A stretch of 63,475 nt of DNA, the filler included, from Nemertoderma westbladi (lineage: Eukaryota; Animalia; Xenacoelomorpha), in NCBI GenBank assembly GCA_032718475.1. It is 3 parts of 3 records of this genome, joined end to end, with 100 filler letters (N's around TTAATTAATTAA, not from the genome) between each part and the next. Parts side by side here need not be neighbours in the genome. Positions count along the whole stretch, not along the records: positions 1 to 29,000 come from JAUCBJ010007995.1; 2 more parts are not named here. One strand, written 5' to 3'. The number at the start of each line of letters is the position of its first letter. Position 1 is the first letter of the stretch. Positions 12,758 to 24,163 of this stretch are shown here, piece after piece. The position numbers and the translations under genes are program-made. The notes under the pieces are model-generated. The model searched no databases. It saw nothing but the letters and a program-made list of their open reading frames with translations, and was not told the DNA's origin.

Positions 12758-13134
12758 TTAATAATTTATTTAAGATATTTAATATTTAATATATTTAAGA
12801 TGCAATTTATTTGGAATTCGTGGAAATGAGCATTGTTCGGGTCCGATATGAATGAAAATAAATTGTAAACTTTTATCTGACTAAGTTGTATATTTTTAGA
12901 TTGATCTAACCGAATAATAAATATTATATCCTACTAACAGCTGTACTACGTTGTATAATCTAAGTAAAGGTCATATTATTACTGGATGGTGTAAGGATGG
13001 TGTAAACATTTAGGTAGTCTCAGAGAACAGTAAAGTATAATAATCCCAACGAACAAATATAGTAATATTTTGAAATTATTATCAGTAGTTGCAATAATTA
13101 TTTCCTGCTCATATTTTCAAATATAATATTTCAG

Positions 13135-13257
13135 ACGACGATGAATGTCTCATTAACAACCATAATTGTCACGAGAACGCAGACTGCACCAACTTAGATG
13201 GTTCCTTTACATGTACCTGTAGAGATGGGTACGAAGGAGATGGAACGCAATGTGAAG
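13135..13257 (+). CDS. Calcium-binding EGF-like exon (internal, phase 1-1)
   Basis: tttcAG|...|GTAGTG; 123 bp; DDDECLINNHNCHENADCTNLDGSFTCTCRDGYEGDGTQCE. Confidence 0.92.
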
Positions 13258-14919
13258 GTAGTGTATATGTACGTATAGAAGGCTGTAGAGAATTGTACGA
13301 AGGAGATGGGACGCAATGTTAAGGTAGTGTATATGTACCTGTATAGAAGGATACAAACGAATTGGTACGCAATGTGAAGGCAGTGTATGTATAACAGAAC
13401 CTTTATTTATTTTTAAATTCTCTTTAAAATTTTGTTGTTCGCTTAGTTACATATTTAGTTGTCAAGGCATTTACGGGAGGCTGAGCTACAGATGCCCGCT
13501 ACGAGTCTGTCTGTAACTCTTATGAGTGTTATCAAGTGCCTTGCGGTACCTGCCACACAGCAGGAACACTCACGAAAGTGTGGGGGTATATATATATTGT
13601 CTAAAATATATATCTAACTGGATGTAGAATTAATTACTGTAAGTATAAGGCCTCGGCGCTTACAAACTGCTTCAAAGGGGGTGATAGTTACGTGTAAACC
13701 GTTCCGTTATGTTGTGTTGTTGGCTAGTAAATGTACGTATGACTTATATATATCACAGGTAGGACACCATGTTGACTCAGTGCGTGGTAAGCGCACAGTT
13801 CACTCGTATTACTTGTATAATATTAGTAGATTATATTTACTAGTTGGGGAATAATATTGCAGTACTTGGACACACACACTCGCATTAAATGAACCGAATC
13901 TATTACAGACAGGGCGCAACATGCACTAACCGTGTGGAAATCGAGTTGGTGTGATCTCTGGTCCTGTATATTCATTAACAAAGCAATGCAATAATAGTAA
14001 TAAACCACCAAGCAACAAATTGCAAGTAACAAGTTGCAAACAACAAGCAATAAGATGTTAAGTTGCAAGTAACAAGATACAAGCAATAAGATGTTTCTGT
14101 AATGTTGGCACAAAGATTTCAAAATCAAACAATTATTATTAGATGAGAACAAAGTGCAATCAATTGTAGCCAACACACTGTGTAACTAACAGTCATTTAG
14201 ATTGCACGCCAATTAACATTGCAGAGTGAGTAACCTTGTCGATTTTCCCATAGGATGCATTGGGAAGAGTTATTCAGCTGAGACTGTAATAGCCAGCTAA
14301 ACCAGATAATGTTTGCTTACTGTCTGGGTTGTAGAGTAGAGTGATAATACTTAGCACAGAAAGTACTTCTTTGTTAGTTGGCCCTTCCTATTGAATGCAT
14401 TACCAGGCCATCTCTATACATTTTTCATGAGTGCCAGCTGGTGTTTTTATCATTGAGCCTATGGCAATTTTCGTGTTTTGGGGCTATTTTTCGAAATAAA
14501 ACAAGTTGAGATGTTTCAATTTAAACCGCGATTTCACAAGTACCCATAGAAATCTATTTTCATGGTTCAGGCAAAATTTCATCAAAATCGTTAAGAGTTG
14601 TTTTTGCTCTAGGTCAGTAGTCAGTAGCCAGTAGGGTAGCCAGTAGTCACTAGTCAACATTAGTTTTTTCGGCCATAATAAATTTTCTTACAGTAATCAA
14701 GTCTAACGACCTGCTAATTATAATTACTGTGAGATTTCCAATAAACGATCATCATAAACATAATTATGCTTACCAATTTTAGTTATGATCATCAGATTTA
14801 TCAAAATTATTATCATCGTAAAATTATAATTTTTGTGCGAAGTATTTATTCCAATTCCATATAGGGCAATAAAAATGTTAGATATCATTTTAATAACTTT
14901 CTTTATTATTTCACTGCAG

Positions 14920-15278
14920 TGGCAGATAGACTCGAGGTATCTGAAAAGCTGAATTCTGATGAATTCATAGCATCTTCATTGGGATACAATCTCCTCCAAC
15001 AAACAGATGGTAACCTTGTACTGTACTGTCCTGGTAGGGAGACAATATTGTGGGCATCAGGTACAATCGGAAACCCAGGTGCTTACACAATCCTTCAAAA
15101 TGATTGCAACCTCGTTGTCTACAGTAGTGTTGGAAATACCCTGTGGGAGCATGGACAAGTTCAAGCAGACTGCAACAATCCTGCATTGGTTGTGCAAGAT
15201 GATGGGAACCTTGTAGAATTTAAAGATAATGGTGTAATTTTTGTATGGGAAACAAATACGAATGGAGGAAGTTGCTAA
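14920..15278 (+). CDS. Bulb-type (GNA/B-lectin) mannose-binding lectin domain, last coding exon
   Basis: Polypyrimidine tract plus ctgcAG phase-1 acceptor; three QxDxNxVx(Y/F) motifs (QTDGNLVLY, QNDCNLVVY, QDDGNLVEF), each followed by a conserved Trp; TAA TAA stop, then a donor AG|GTAAG at 15284. Confidence 0.9.
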
Positions 15279-15525
15279 TAAAGGTAAGAAAATTTATATT
15301 AATATGAATGGGATAAGGATGACGCAAAAATTATTTCAATATTTCAAAACCCTTATGGGTTCTTTTAACAAGCAAGTGATACAGGCAACTTAATTTAACT
15401 TAAGAACCGAAATAATTTGACTAGAGTAGCCTACACTTTGAATTTCCCTCCACCAAAAACAAATATAACCAAATTCCTCAGGAATCACCCCAAAAGAAAC
15501 ATTATTCATTAACACCACACAGATA

Positions 15526-15590
15526 CATGGGCGGATACAGGTATACCCCCACCCCCCCCCCCCCCCCCCCCCCCCTTGGATCCGCTACTG
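15526..15590. mobile_element. Tiny hAT-like MITE
   Basis: CATGGGCGGATACAGG ... TTGGATCCGCTACTG imperfect TIRs; 8-bp TSD CACAGATA / CACAGCTA. Confidence 0.65.
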
Positions 15591-15740
15591 CACAGCTAAG
15601 ATATATTAATTAAGGTAGAGAGAGTGAAAACAACGTGTAAATGCAAATTGAATATAGTACCGTAATGCAAATAAGTCAATACTGTAGGATATAAATGTAC
15701 GTATATCTTGATATTATTGGCACCAACTATAAATAAGTTG

Positions 15741-16745
15741 GTGCCAGTTCCCAAGAAAGGCAACCTAACACTCTATGGTTCTTTTCGGGGAATTGCATTG
15801 ATTTCGATTGCTGCAAAGCTATATAATAGAATTATATTAAATCGCATCAGGGATCCCATTGAGAGACTGCTCCGTGGAAATCAGAATGGGTTCTGTAAAG
15901 GTCGTGGGACCATGGAGCCCATTTTGCCACTTAGAAGGATAAATCAAAAAAGAAAGACAGGCATCTGGCTGTTATCTTTGTTGACTTCTTCAAGGCCTTT
16001 GATTCAGTCTCTCGCTCACGTATGTTCAGCATACATTCATTATATGGGATTCCTGATGAAATTATTGCAGCAATCAGATCAGTTCAATTCCGAGAGTTCA
16101 AAGACCGAATTCATGACCTTTAATGTTGATGGGAACTTGACAACCATTGATAATAATCAATTAAGGAAGGTCGATGACTTCCAGTACCTTCGATCATGGA
16201 TAGAGAGTAGCAAAAAGGACATAGAAGTTAGGAAAGCAAAGGCTTGGGTAGCTCTATCAAAAGTGGATACCATCTGGAAAGCAGATCTCTCCAGGCACCT
16301 GAAGACTAAGTTCTTTCGAGCCACAGTGGAAAGTGTATTTTTATACGGGGGTGAGACCTGGACACTGACTAAATCACTTGAACAACGAATTGATGGTTGC
16401 TACACAAGACTACTAAGGGCAGCCCTAAACATCAGCTGGAGACAACACATGACAAACGCCGAGCTTTATGGTACAATACCACCTGTATCAACCACCCTCC
16501 GTGAACGCAGATTAAGATTCAGTGGGCACTGCTGGCGAAGTAAAGACGAGGTCATACCAGATCTACTTCTTTGTCAACCAACCCATGGAAAGCGTAGTCG
16601 TGGACGACCGGCCATAACATATATAGATCAACTTGAAAGGGATACTGAACTTGGGAGAAACGAAATTGCGACAACTATGGAGAATCGGGAAGCCTGGAAG
16701 GATCTCATTTCCACTGTCCGAGTTCGCTCGACCTAGTAGTAGTAG
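15741..16745 (+). mobile_element. RTE-clade LINE fragment (internally deleted RT plus C-terminus) with (TAG)n tail
   Basis: PVPKKG..FRGIAL, NQNGF, FQYL.SWI, RRLRFSGHCWR, GRPAITYIDQL; ends ACCTAGTAGTAGTAG. Confidence 0.88.
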
Positions 16746-16987
16746 TTGCCAAAGAGTGGACCTATGGTCAGAAGGGAACAGTTAATTACCTATGGTCAGA
16801 GAGAGATCCCACTCTGCAATTTGGCAATTGCACAAATCCATTCAGCTGAATGGCACAGTAGAGTAAACTAAAGTAAATTCCCTCAACAATGTTTGCCTAT
16901 AGTCTGAAGGGAATCTGACATAGAATAATCTTAGCCGCTAAATGTCATTCACCTTACAAAACATTTTGAATGTTAGTGTTAGCCTTA

Positions 16988-17210
16988 CTTTGCAGGACAT
17001 TGCTTTCGTCGTGAGGACCAGCCATAAGCATGGTGGACAGCCCAGGACTTTCTGGAGACGCATCTTAAAGGACACTGGCCTTGAAGATGCAGATGATCTA
17101 GCAAATGTCATGGGTGATAGGGAGTTGTGGCGGCACAATTTTGTCGACAAGCCGGCAGCACAGCATTCTTAAAAATGCAGCTGCAATGCAGCATGCCGAT
17201 CCTAGTAGTA
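16988..17210 (+). mobile_element. Short 3' fragment of a second RTE family
   Basis: Close match to 36929-37187; (TAG)n tail. Confidence 0.85.
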
Positions 17211-17918
17211 GTATATCTTGATATCAATCTTATTCTTGAAATATAGATCGCGATATTTCAGATTAACTAGTTTTAACTTAACATCGTTTACAATCAGATA
17301 AACTACTCTGAATTACATTTTTTAACTAACAATAACGTTGCTATAGTTGGTTATTGCAAATTTAAAAAAAAATTTCGAAAAGAAGAAGATATGTAGAAAA
17401 AAAAATAATAATAAGATATGTTGGATATTATATACTTCTGCATTTAGTCAAGTTAAAATATGGCTCAACCTCGGACAAATTGCAACAGAAGTTAAAGTTT
17501 TTGCATATCAATTATATACAAAATCGGCCCAATTGGGATTGTTAGAACTTAGGTAAAATGACAATTTCACCATGGCAACAGGAAGTTCTATATAAATATC
17601 CCCTTTTCTATAACTTACGGAATTTTAACCTTGATCTGATCCACCCAAATCAATATCGGAGAATCCGATGGGTTACTTTTTGAAACCTGGTTTCCATGGT
17701 AACTACAAGAAATACATCGTCAAGCTACAAGAAAAATCTGCCATTAAATGGATTGGTTGTAGTTTCGAGCCCTTCCAGGGTCCAGTTCAATTGGGCCTAC
17801 TTGGAGCAAATCTTGGAATAAGAGTGGCAATAACCCCTACATTTGGGTGGCAGCTATCGAAAGGGGAGCTTTAGGGTCGCCTCCGGCTTTGGGCTACTGT
17901 TTGCTTTTTTTGCATATA

Positions 17919-18316
17919 TATATATATTTTTTTTTTTACTCAAAAGCCTCCATATATTATAATATTAACAAACAATAATTCGAATATAAAAACGCACAAA
18001 AACAAGTACAAATATAACCCACCACCAGCTGATTCAAACTGTTACCTAGCAACAATACAAACAATACAATTTGGTTCAGTACCCATCACCAGTCTGCCAC
18101 TCTGCCACTGCCAGTACCCAACAAACCCGCCAGACCTCTAATATCTAAGCCGTCCCGGGGTCCGAGTCCGCGTTCACCCACACAATGGACGCGTCCGCCA
18201 CTGCTGCCCGCACTGGTCTTCTAGAGGCCGACCGAAACCCACGGAGGCACAGGATGACCGGAGTAAGGCGAAGTTGATGCGTCGCCGCACCCACGCTACC
18301 GACTCCGGGTAGGGAA
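17919..18316 (-). mobile_element. 5'-truncated CRE-clade-like non-LTR retrotransposon
   Basis: Minus-strand poly(A) tail; 12-bp TSD TTTTTGCATATA (17907-17918 / 18317-18328); translation PYPESVAWVRRRINFALLRS..CLRG resembles the CRE C-terminal motif. Confidence 0.7.
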
Positions 18317-18950
18317 TTTTTGCATATAATATATAAACACGATCAAGCTTCTACTTTATTGTGCGCACATTTTCATTCCAATAAGACAGACAGACAGACA
18401 GACCAACTGACTGACCTTCTAAACGACAGACATACATTCCTTAGATTCCATCAATTTTAGTAGTAGTGAACTGCTTCCTTATTGAATGACCAGTAGACAA
18501 GACTAATAGACAAACAAACATACAGACATAAATTCTCGGACTACGGAATCCCACAGTGGCCACTAAACTTCACACATAAGAACTGCTCTCAATATATGTG
18601 TTTGTTGACTTTGTTAGATGTTGCCAACTCCACAATTATATTAAAAAAGGCGCGAAATTTGCCTGTAGGCTTAGCTATAAATAGGCCTGTATGCTTAAGG
18701 CTGTAGTGCATACTGCAGTACTGCTGTCGTGTGGTTAACGCTGTAACGGTAGGCCCACTGCTGTGTGCTGTACTGTTACTGTGTTGGTTGGTTGTAGTTC
18801 TACCTGTCTGTCGCCTGTCGGGTCGGTACCAATTCTGAAAACGGTACTGCTGTGCTGTACTGTTGGTTGGTTGTAGTTATACCTGTCTGTCGCCTGTTGG
18901 TTCGGTACCAATTCTTAAATTCTAACTGTATTTGTAAACACAGTCTTACA

Positions 18951-20970
18951 ATGTCAGAATGTTGTGTTCTAGATGCCAGTGTTGTACCTATCGGATCCGT
19001 ATTTTGTAACCTCTGTGGGGAATCGATTCAATGCTGCAGTGACGAGAGACTGACCGCTCTGGAGGAGCCACTAATGCGATTTCGGGAATTTCTATCAGAG
19101 AAGAAGAAAGGCACCTTCAGCCGGTGCCGTCGTCCAGTCCAAAGAGCTCAAAAACGGATGAGATGTGTCAGCGAATAGCGGAGCCTGTTTTTATACCAAC
19201 AACATTCGCATTTTAAAACAAGTCTGGCTGAAGACTATACAGCTAACTATCTCTATAAATGCAAATTATGGTGAACTTCTCGAATTATCAATACGGAAAT
19301 ACCGAGCCCTTTATAAAGATGTATTTAAATCCTCCATTCCTGATGATAGATTAATGCTATTATATATGGACAAGACACCCACAGATAAGTTGCCGATTGA
19401 CAAGGGGGACTTTATATTAACTAAATATCAGATGGAAATTGTAAAACAGTTCCGGCGATTAACCTTTCTGCTTTGTGATAAAGCCGACTATGAACTCTCC
19501 TTAAACACTGAGGAAGGACAAACAGGAAGCGATACCAGTAGAGATGAGCGGAGTGGAAGTGAAAATGATCCAAGTGGAAGCGATACCGGTAGAGGATGCG
19601 AGCTAAGACGAGACCATACAGCCGGGCAGCCTCCAGTTCCTATGGAGAGTAGTACACCTCAACTAGTTACTACAAATCATCCCTATGGGGGCCGGATTAG
19701 TGGAACTTTGCAGGTAGGTTGTCATCAACCCGACTTTCAAACAGATGAAATTTATGATGACGATGAAAATAGCAACAGTACCGGTAATCCTAATCATGGT
19801 ATTAATATCAACCAATCAGATGAACCTGCTAAAGATTTTATAACTTTTAATAAAAACTACTTTGAATTATCTCGTAGTGATATGGAGATTATTCAGAGCG
19901 TGGCCGTTGGGTATGATTATTATGTATTTGATGATAATGTCGAAATAGCATATAATTATATTCGTGTTAGAAGGATAAACCTGTTAAAAGATATGCTAAT
20001 AAGGTCGAGCATTTAAATCCCTGTGGCTACTTGAAAATTAGATTTATCAGCGAACCTGGGTAAGATCAAGGTGGCCTCCAAAGGGATCTATTTGGCTCTA
20101 TTATCACTAATCTACACTCGAGTGCTCTCTTTTTTATTTACGACGATTTGTTGGCACCATCTTGTGCAGACATGTCTTTGGTTGTTAATGGGACTTTCAA
20201 CAAACTTGGAGAGCTCATAGCAATGTCATTTTACCATTGTGAACAATCTTTTAGAATCATGCATCCTGTCGTTAGTGCTTATAGTTTATGGACAGTTTAT
20301 CGATATATTAAGTATTATTAAAACTCATCCAACCTTGTCTGATGGAAACTTAATGGACAAATATTTATCAGATAGTGTTCGTGATAGCTATGATGTTGGA
20401 GTGATTCCACCAACTCTTGAAGTCTCTCTAGTAGAAAAGGAAAAGTTTATTTGCAATTTTCTTGAAGGTTAAGTTAATACTACACAATAAGGCTCCTCTG
20501 GATTGTATCAAGGACGGAATTTTTGATTGCATGCCGAATGTTAGTAAATTTATTCTATTCAAGTTCCTGCGTTCTTCACCCACTGTCAACCTTATCGATG
20601 TCTTTGACTCAGCTATTATCAATAACCGAACCGAAGTTGGTTACAATAACCACATGAGAGAGGAGGATGTTCTTTTCTGGCTAGGAGAACTAATGGAAGA
20701 TTTAGTTTCACAGGGTTACCTGGCTGATGGTGAATTACGAGTGGATATTTCAAGCCTAAAGTGCTGGTTTTTTGGCTCACTGAGACCAACTAATATTCCA
20801 AAGCTAACAATTAATTGAATTTAAGCATTGCCAACCGGCATGTAACGGCCGAATGACATTTTTAACATGTGCATTTCAACTCTCGCTTCTGATTCATTTT
20901 AATTCAAAACACGATCTATGCAAAGGAATTGTTAGCGCCATCCTAGAAAGTGGGGCAGCCTTCGGATTGA
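18951..20970 (+). pseudogene. HECT-like (G2E3-type) E3 ubiquitin ligase pseudogene carried by the transposon
   Basis: Cys-rich N-terminus (FCNLCG); IRVRRINLLKD...LKIRFISEPG*DQGGLQRDLF (HECT F.GE.G.D.GG..REF), LGELIAMS, WFFGS..P...ALPT; multiple stops and frameshifts. Confidence 0.7.
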
Positions 20971-21168
20971 TATAATGGTTGTTGTATTTATATTGTTTTA
21001 CATAGGGTATTGATGGTATTATTGATGGTTTTCGTCAGACACAATTTTGTCCACTTTTTGCGCAATTGACCAGCTATTAATATTATGACTGCTCATTTAC
21101 TTGCCACAATGTTACTGGCCTAAAAAAAAATTTGGTAGGAAAAAGTAAATAAAAATATTAATATCTGG

Positions 21169-21270
21169 TAGTGATGTACCGGAATCAGAATTTCGGTTCT
21201 GGCCGGAACTGGAACCGGAACCGGAATTACAATTGCCGGAATATTCCAACCGGAACCGGAATTTTCATAA
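21169..21270. mobile_element. MITE fragment with CCGGAA subterminal repeats
   Basis: TAGTGATGTACCGG start followed by repeated (A)CCGGAA; no partner end identified. Confidence 0.4.
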
Positions 21271-21469
21271 ACTAACGCCTTGGTATCATAGGATCCACGA
21301 AATAGTTAGGGTGGGGCCTAGCATTTTTTTTCTTTAATAACTGTTTGCATCATATACAGTCATAGTGTAAAAAGTGACCTATTTTAGGTCTATGAGCCGA
21401 GTGTTTATGTACATAGTGAGGGAAGCAAGCGAAGTGCACCTAAATTGTTGAGATTGTTACCTTATTACA

Positions 21470-21995
21470 ATGCAGTTTCTAAGAACAATGAGCAGATAAT
21501 GTTGGGATTATTGTTCGATCTTAGAACTCTGAGCCACAGAATATATCGAGACCAGCCATGAATAGCACCGTGGATGGCAAAATCGTAGGGTTTATTACTT
21601 TACTATACTTTATCGTGTCCATCCGCATGCCAAACAGCATTCGGCCCAATCGTAAAGTACTGCCGTCGCTGAAGGCGATGCCATCGACGCAACTCAGGCG
21701 AGTTCGGAGATAGAGTTCGTAATATCAGAGCTACATCTTTTCTCTGAATTTGGAACCCTTTAAGTTTAAGTTGATGCCATACACTTCTGTAGCCCCAGCA
21801 CGAGGAAGAACCTTGAGTTATTGTGGCTATCTCTCTGACAATTGTATCGAGATCGTAAGTATTCCCGGTATTCCGACGAGAAAGTCCTAGATCGTGCAAG
21901 CGGTGGCGTAAAGTTCGCTTAGTCAAAATTATGCTGTGATTTCGAGAAATAATACTAATGAGTTCTTGATGAGTATGACCTTGGCGAAAGTAATA
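21470..21995 (-). pseudogene. Integrase-core (IS3-like) transposase fragment
   Basis: GYRSVWHQL...RRQYFTIGPNAVWHADGHDK..KPYDFAIHGAIHGWSRYILWLRVLRSNNNP; C-terminus lost. Confidence 0.8.
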
Positions 21996-22184
21996 ACTTA
22001 ATAACTTAAAAGAATGTTATGGAGATCATTATTATTACTAGTTGGCATACCAGTACTCATTTTTCAGTACAAAGTACAGAATTACAGAATTATAAGTATG
22101 TTCACTATTACTGTAATAGCAAGCCATACTGCTGTACTGCAGCCCAACAGGGCTAAATAAATACAGTCAATTCGCCTATGAATA

Positions 22185-23690
22185 CACGTTCGTGGGGCCT
22201 TCGCGCAGCACGAGGCTCAGTTATGAGATACAAATTAAAATTGAGCAATTCTAACACAAAATCTCTATTTAAGAAATTAACCACACCACAAATAAATCAT
22301 AAGAGGGGAAAGTTGCTCGCTTTCAACCCCCCCCCCCCCCCCCCCCCCCCTTAATCTGCACCCCAACCCAAAGGTACGCAGAGGATTGTTCACAGGCAGG
22401 TATTAACAGAAAATTTGTGTTTTAAAAGTAATATATTTTAGGCGTGGAGGCGACCCAATTTATAAGAAATATTATAACTTACATTATGACGTTTTAGTTT
22501 TGATACTGAAATATTAATTTACCATGTCGATGTCTCAACAAAATTATTATTATCCATTAAATACTCAGCCAATCATTTTGCGAGATAAACAATAAGCAAG
22601 CTTTCTTATTACTATAGGGCCTAACACAATTGCATGTCCTATAGAATTACACCTTGCTGGAATAGTGGTGAGGTGGAACTGGTCGGACTGATTCCTAGCC
22701 CGGCAAACACACTGGACATGTTCTAGCACATTCACGTTCTAGTTCAGTGATTGCACTTTGAGATATTTTGCCCTCTAGCGGCAGACTAGAGAACTGCAGA
22801 CAGATGAGCCTAATTTGAATGACACAGTTAATGGTCTAGTACAAATATGCCAAGTTTCATCTAGAACGGGTTTAAAGCAAAGAAAATGTGAGGATATTTA
22901 ATATCTAGACATGTAGCCCTCTAGCGAGAGACTGAGGATTTGATGGTGTCTGGAAGTCCCTAAAAAACAAAACTTATGGTCTTATTGATGCCTACTAATT
23001 TTAGACTCGGAAGCTTTAAATCCGACGAAGTTTTAAGTAAGTTAAAATGGTAGCGACGATGATGACATACAGTACCATTAGTGAATGAACTATTTGCCAT
23101 AATTTACCTACCCCCTTAAGAAAAGAGATAGCGTCAGTTCGCAAAGGCTCCACCAACTACGTGGCTCGGACCCTATACCCCATGCAATAAAATGTATACG
23201 ATCGATATACAATTATATATTAATCCGCTAGGTGGTGTCAAATTATTATTCTGCAATTTCGTACTTGTACAGTACAGCAGTACCGTACCGGTAGGCCTAT
23301 GTCATTACGTCGGAGTCTCTAGCCGATCCCCAATTAAATGTCTTAACTTTTCAATTTCGTAGAAGATAGACTTTATGATTCTCTACCAGTAACCAAAATT
23401 TCAGCTCTGGAAAATGAGGCGTTCCCGAGAAATTTAACATTTTCTAAAAACCACATAATCTGCCGTAGCTGACGTCAGACTGCATGATTTTTCACCAAAC
23501 TTTACAAATTTTCTAAACTTTCCCTCTACTACTTACCTACTAAGTTTGGTTCAATTTCGAATCAGCGATGCCGAGAAATTCGCGTTCAAAGATTTACCAG
23601 ACAGACGGACAGACAGACAGACGGACATGCCCCATTTGCCCTATATGAACCGTATGCCAAGGCTCGCCAACTACGGTCTCGCCCCATAAT
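22185..23690. mobile_element. Cluster of Helentron/DINE-1-like non-autonomous elements nested in the transposon
   Basis: Palindromic start cgtggggccttcg..cgaggc, ACAGACGGACAGACAG microsatellite (~23600-23627), and end motifs aaggctc...ctc(g/gg)..ccc at ~23144-23173 and ~23659-23686. Confidence 0.45.
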
Positions 23691-23734
23691 TCAAATTTTG
23701 CGCCTATTTTGTGTTACCATGGAGTTGTGGAGCT

Positions 23735-24163
23735 GACAACCTCTCACACACAAAGACTACCTCTCACACACAAAGACAACCTCTCACACACAAAGACAAC
23801 CTCTCACACACAAAGACAACCTCTCACACACAAAGACAACCTCTCACACACAAAGACAACCTCTCACACAAAGACAACCTCTCACACACAAAGACAACCT
23901 CTCACACACAAAGACAACCTCTCACACAAAGACAACCTCTCACACATAATGGACAACCTCTCACACAAAGACAAACTCTCACACACAAAGACAACCTCTC
24001 ACACACAAAAACAACCTCTCACACACAAAGACAACCTCTCACACACATAGACAACCTCTCACACATAATGGTCAACCGCTCGCACACCTAGACAACCGCT
24101 CACACATAGACAACTTCTCAAACACAAATACAACCTTTCACACATAAAGACAACCTCTCACAC
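23735..24163 (+). repeat. 20-22-bp minisatellite (CACACAAAGACAACCTCTCACA)n
   Basis: Directly visible array abutting the right TIR of the transposon. Confidence 0.92.

Noticed and set aside
14919-15278. Stand-alone lectin ORF starting at GTG, or bacterial contamination
   Set aside because: The G belongs to a splice acceptor AG; the exon has a polypyrimidine tract and a donor and is embedded in metazoan-type TEs
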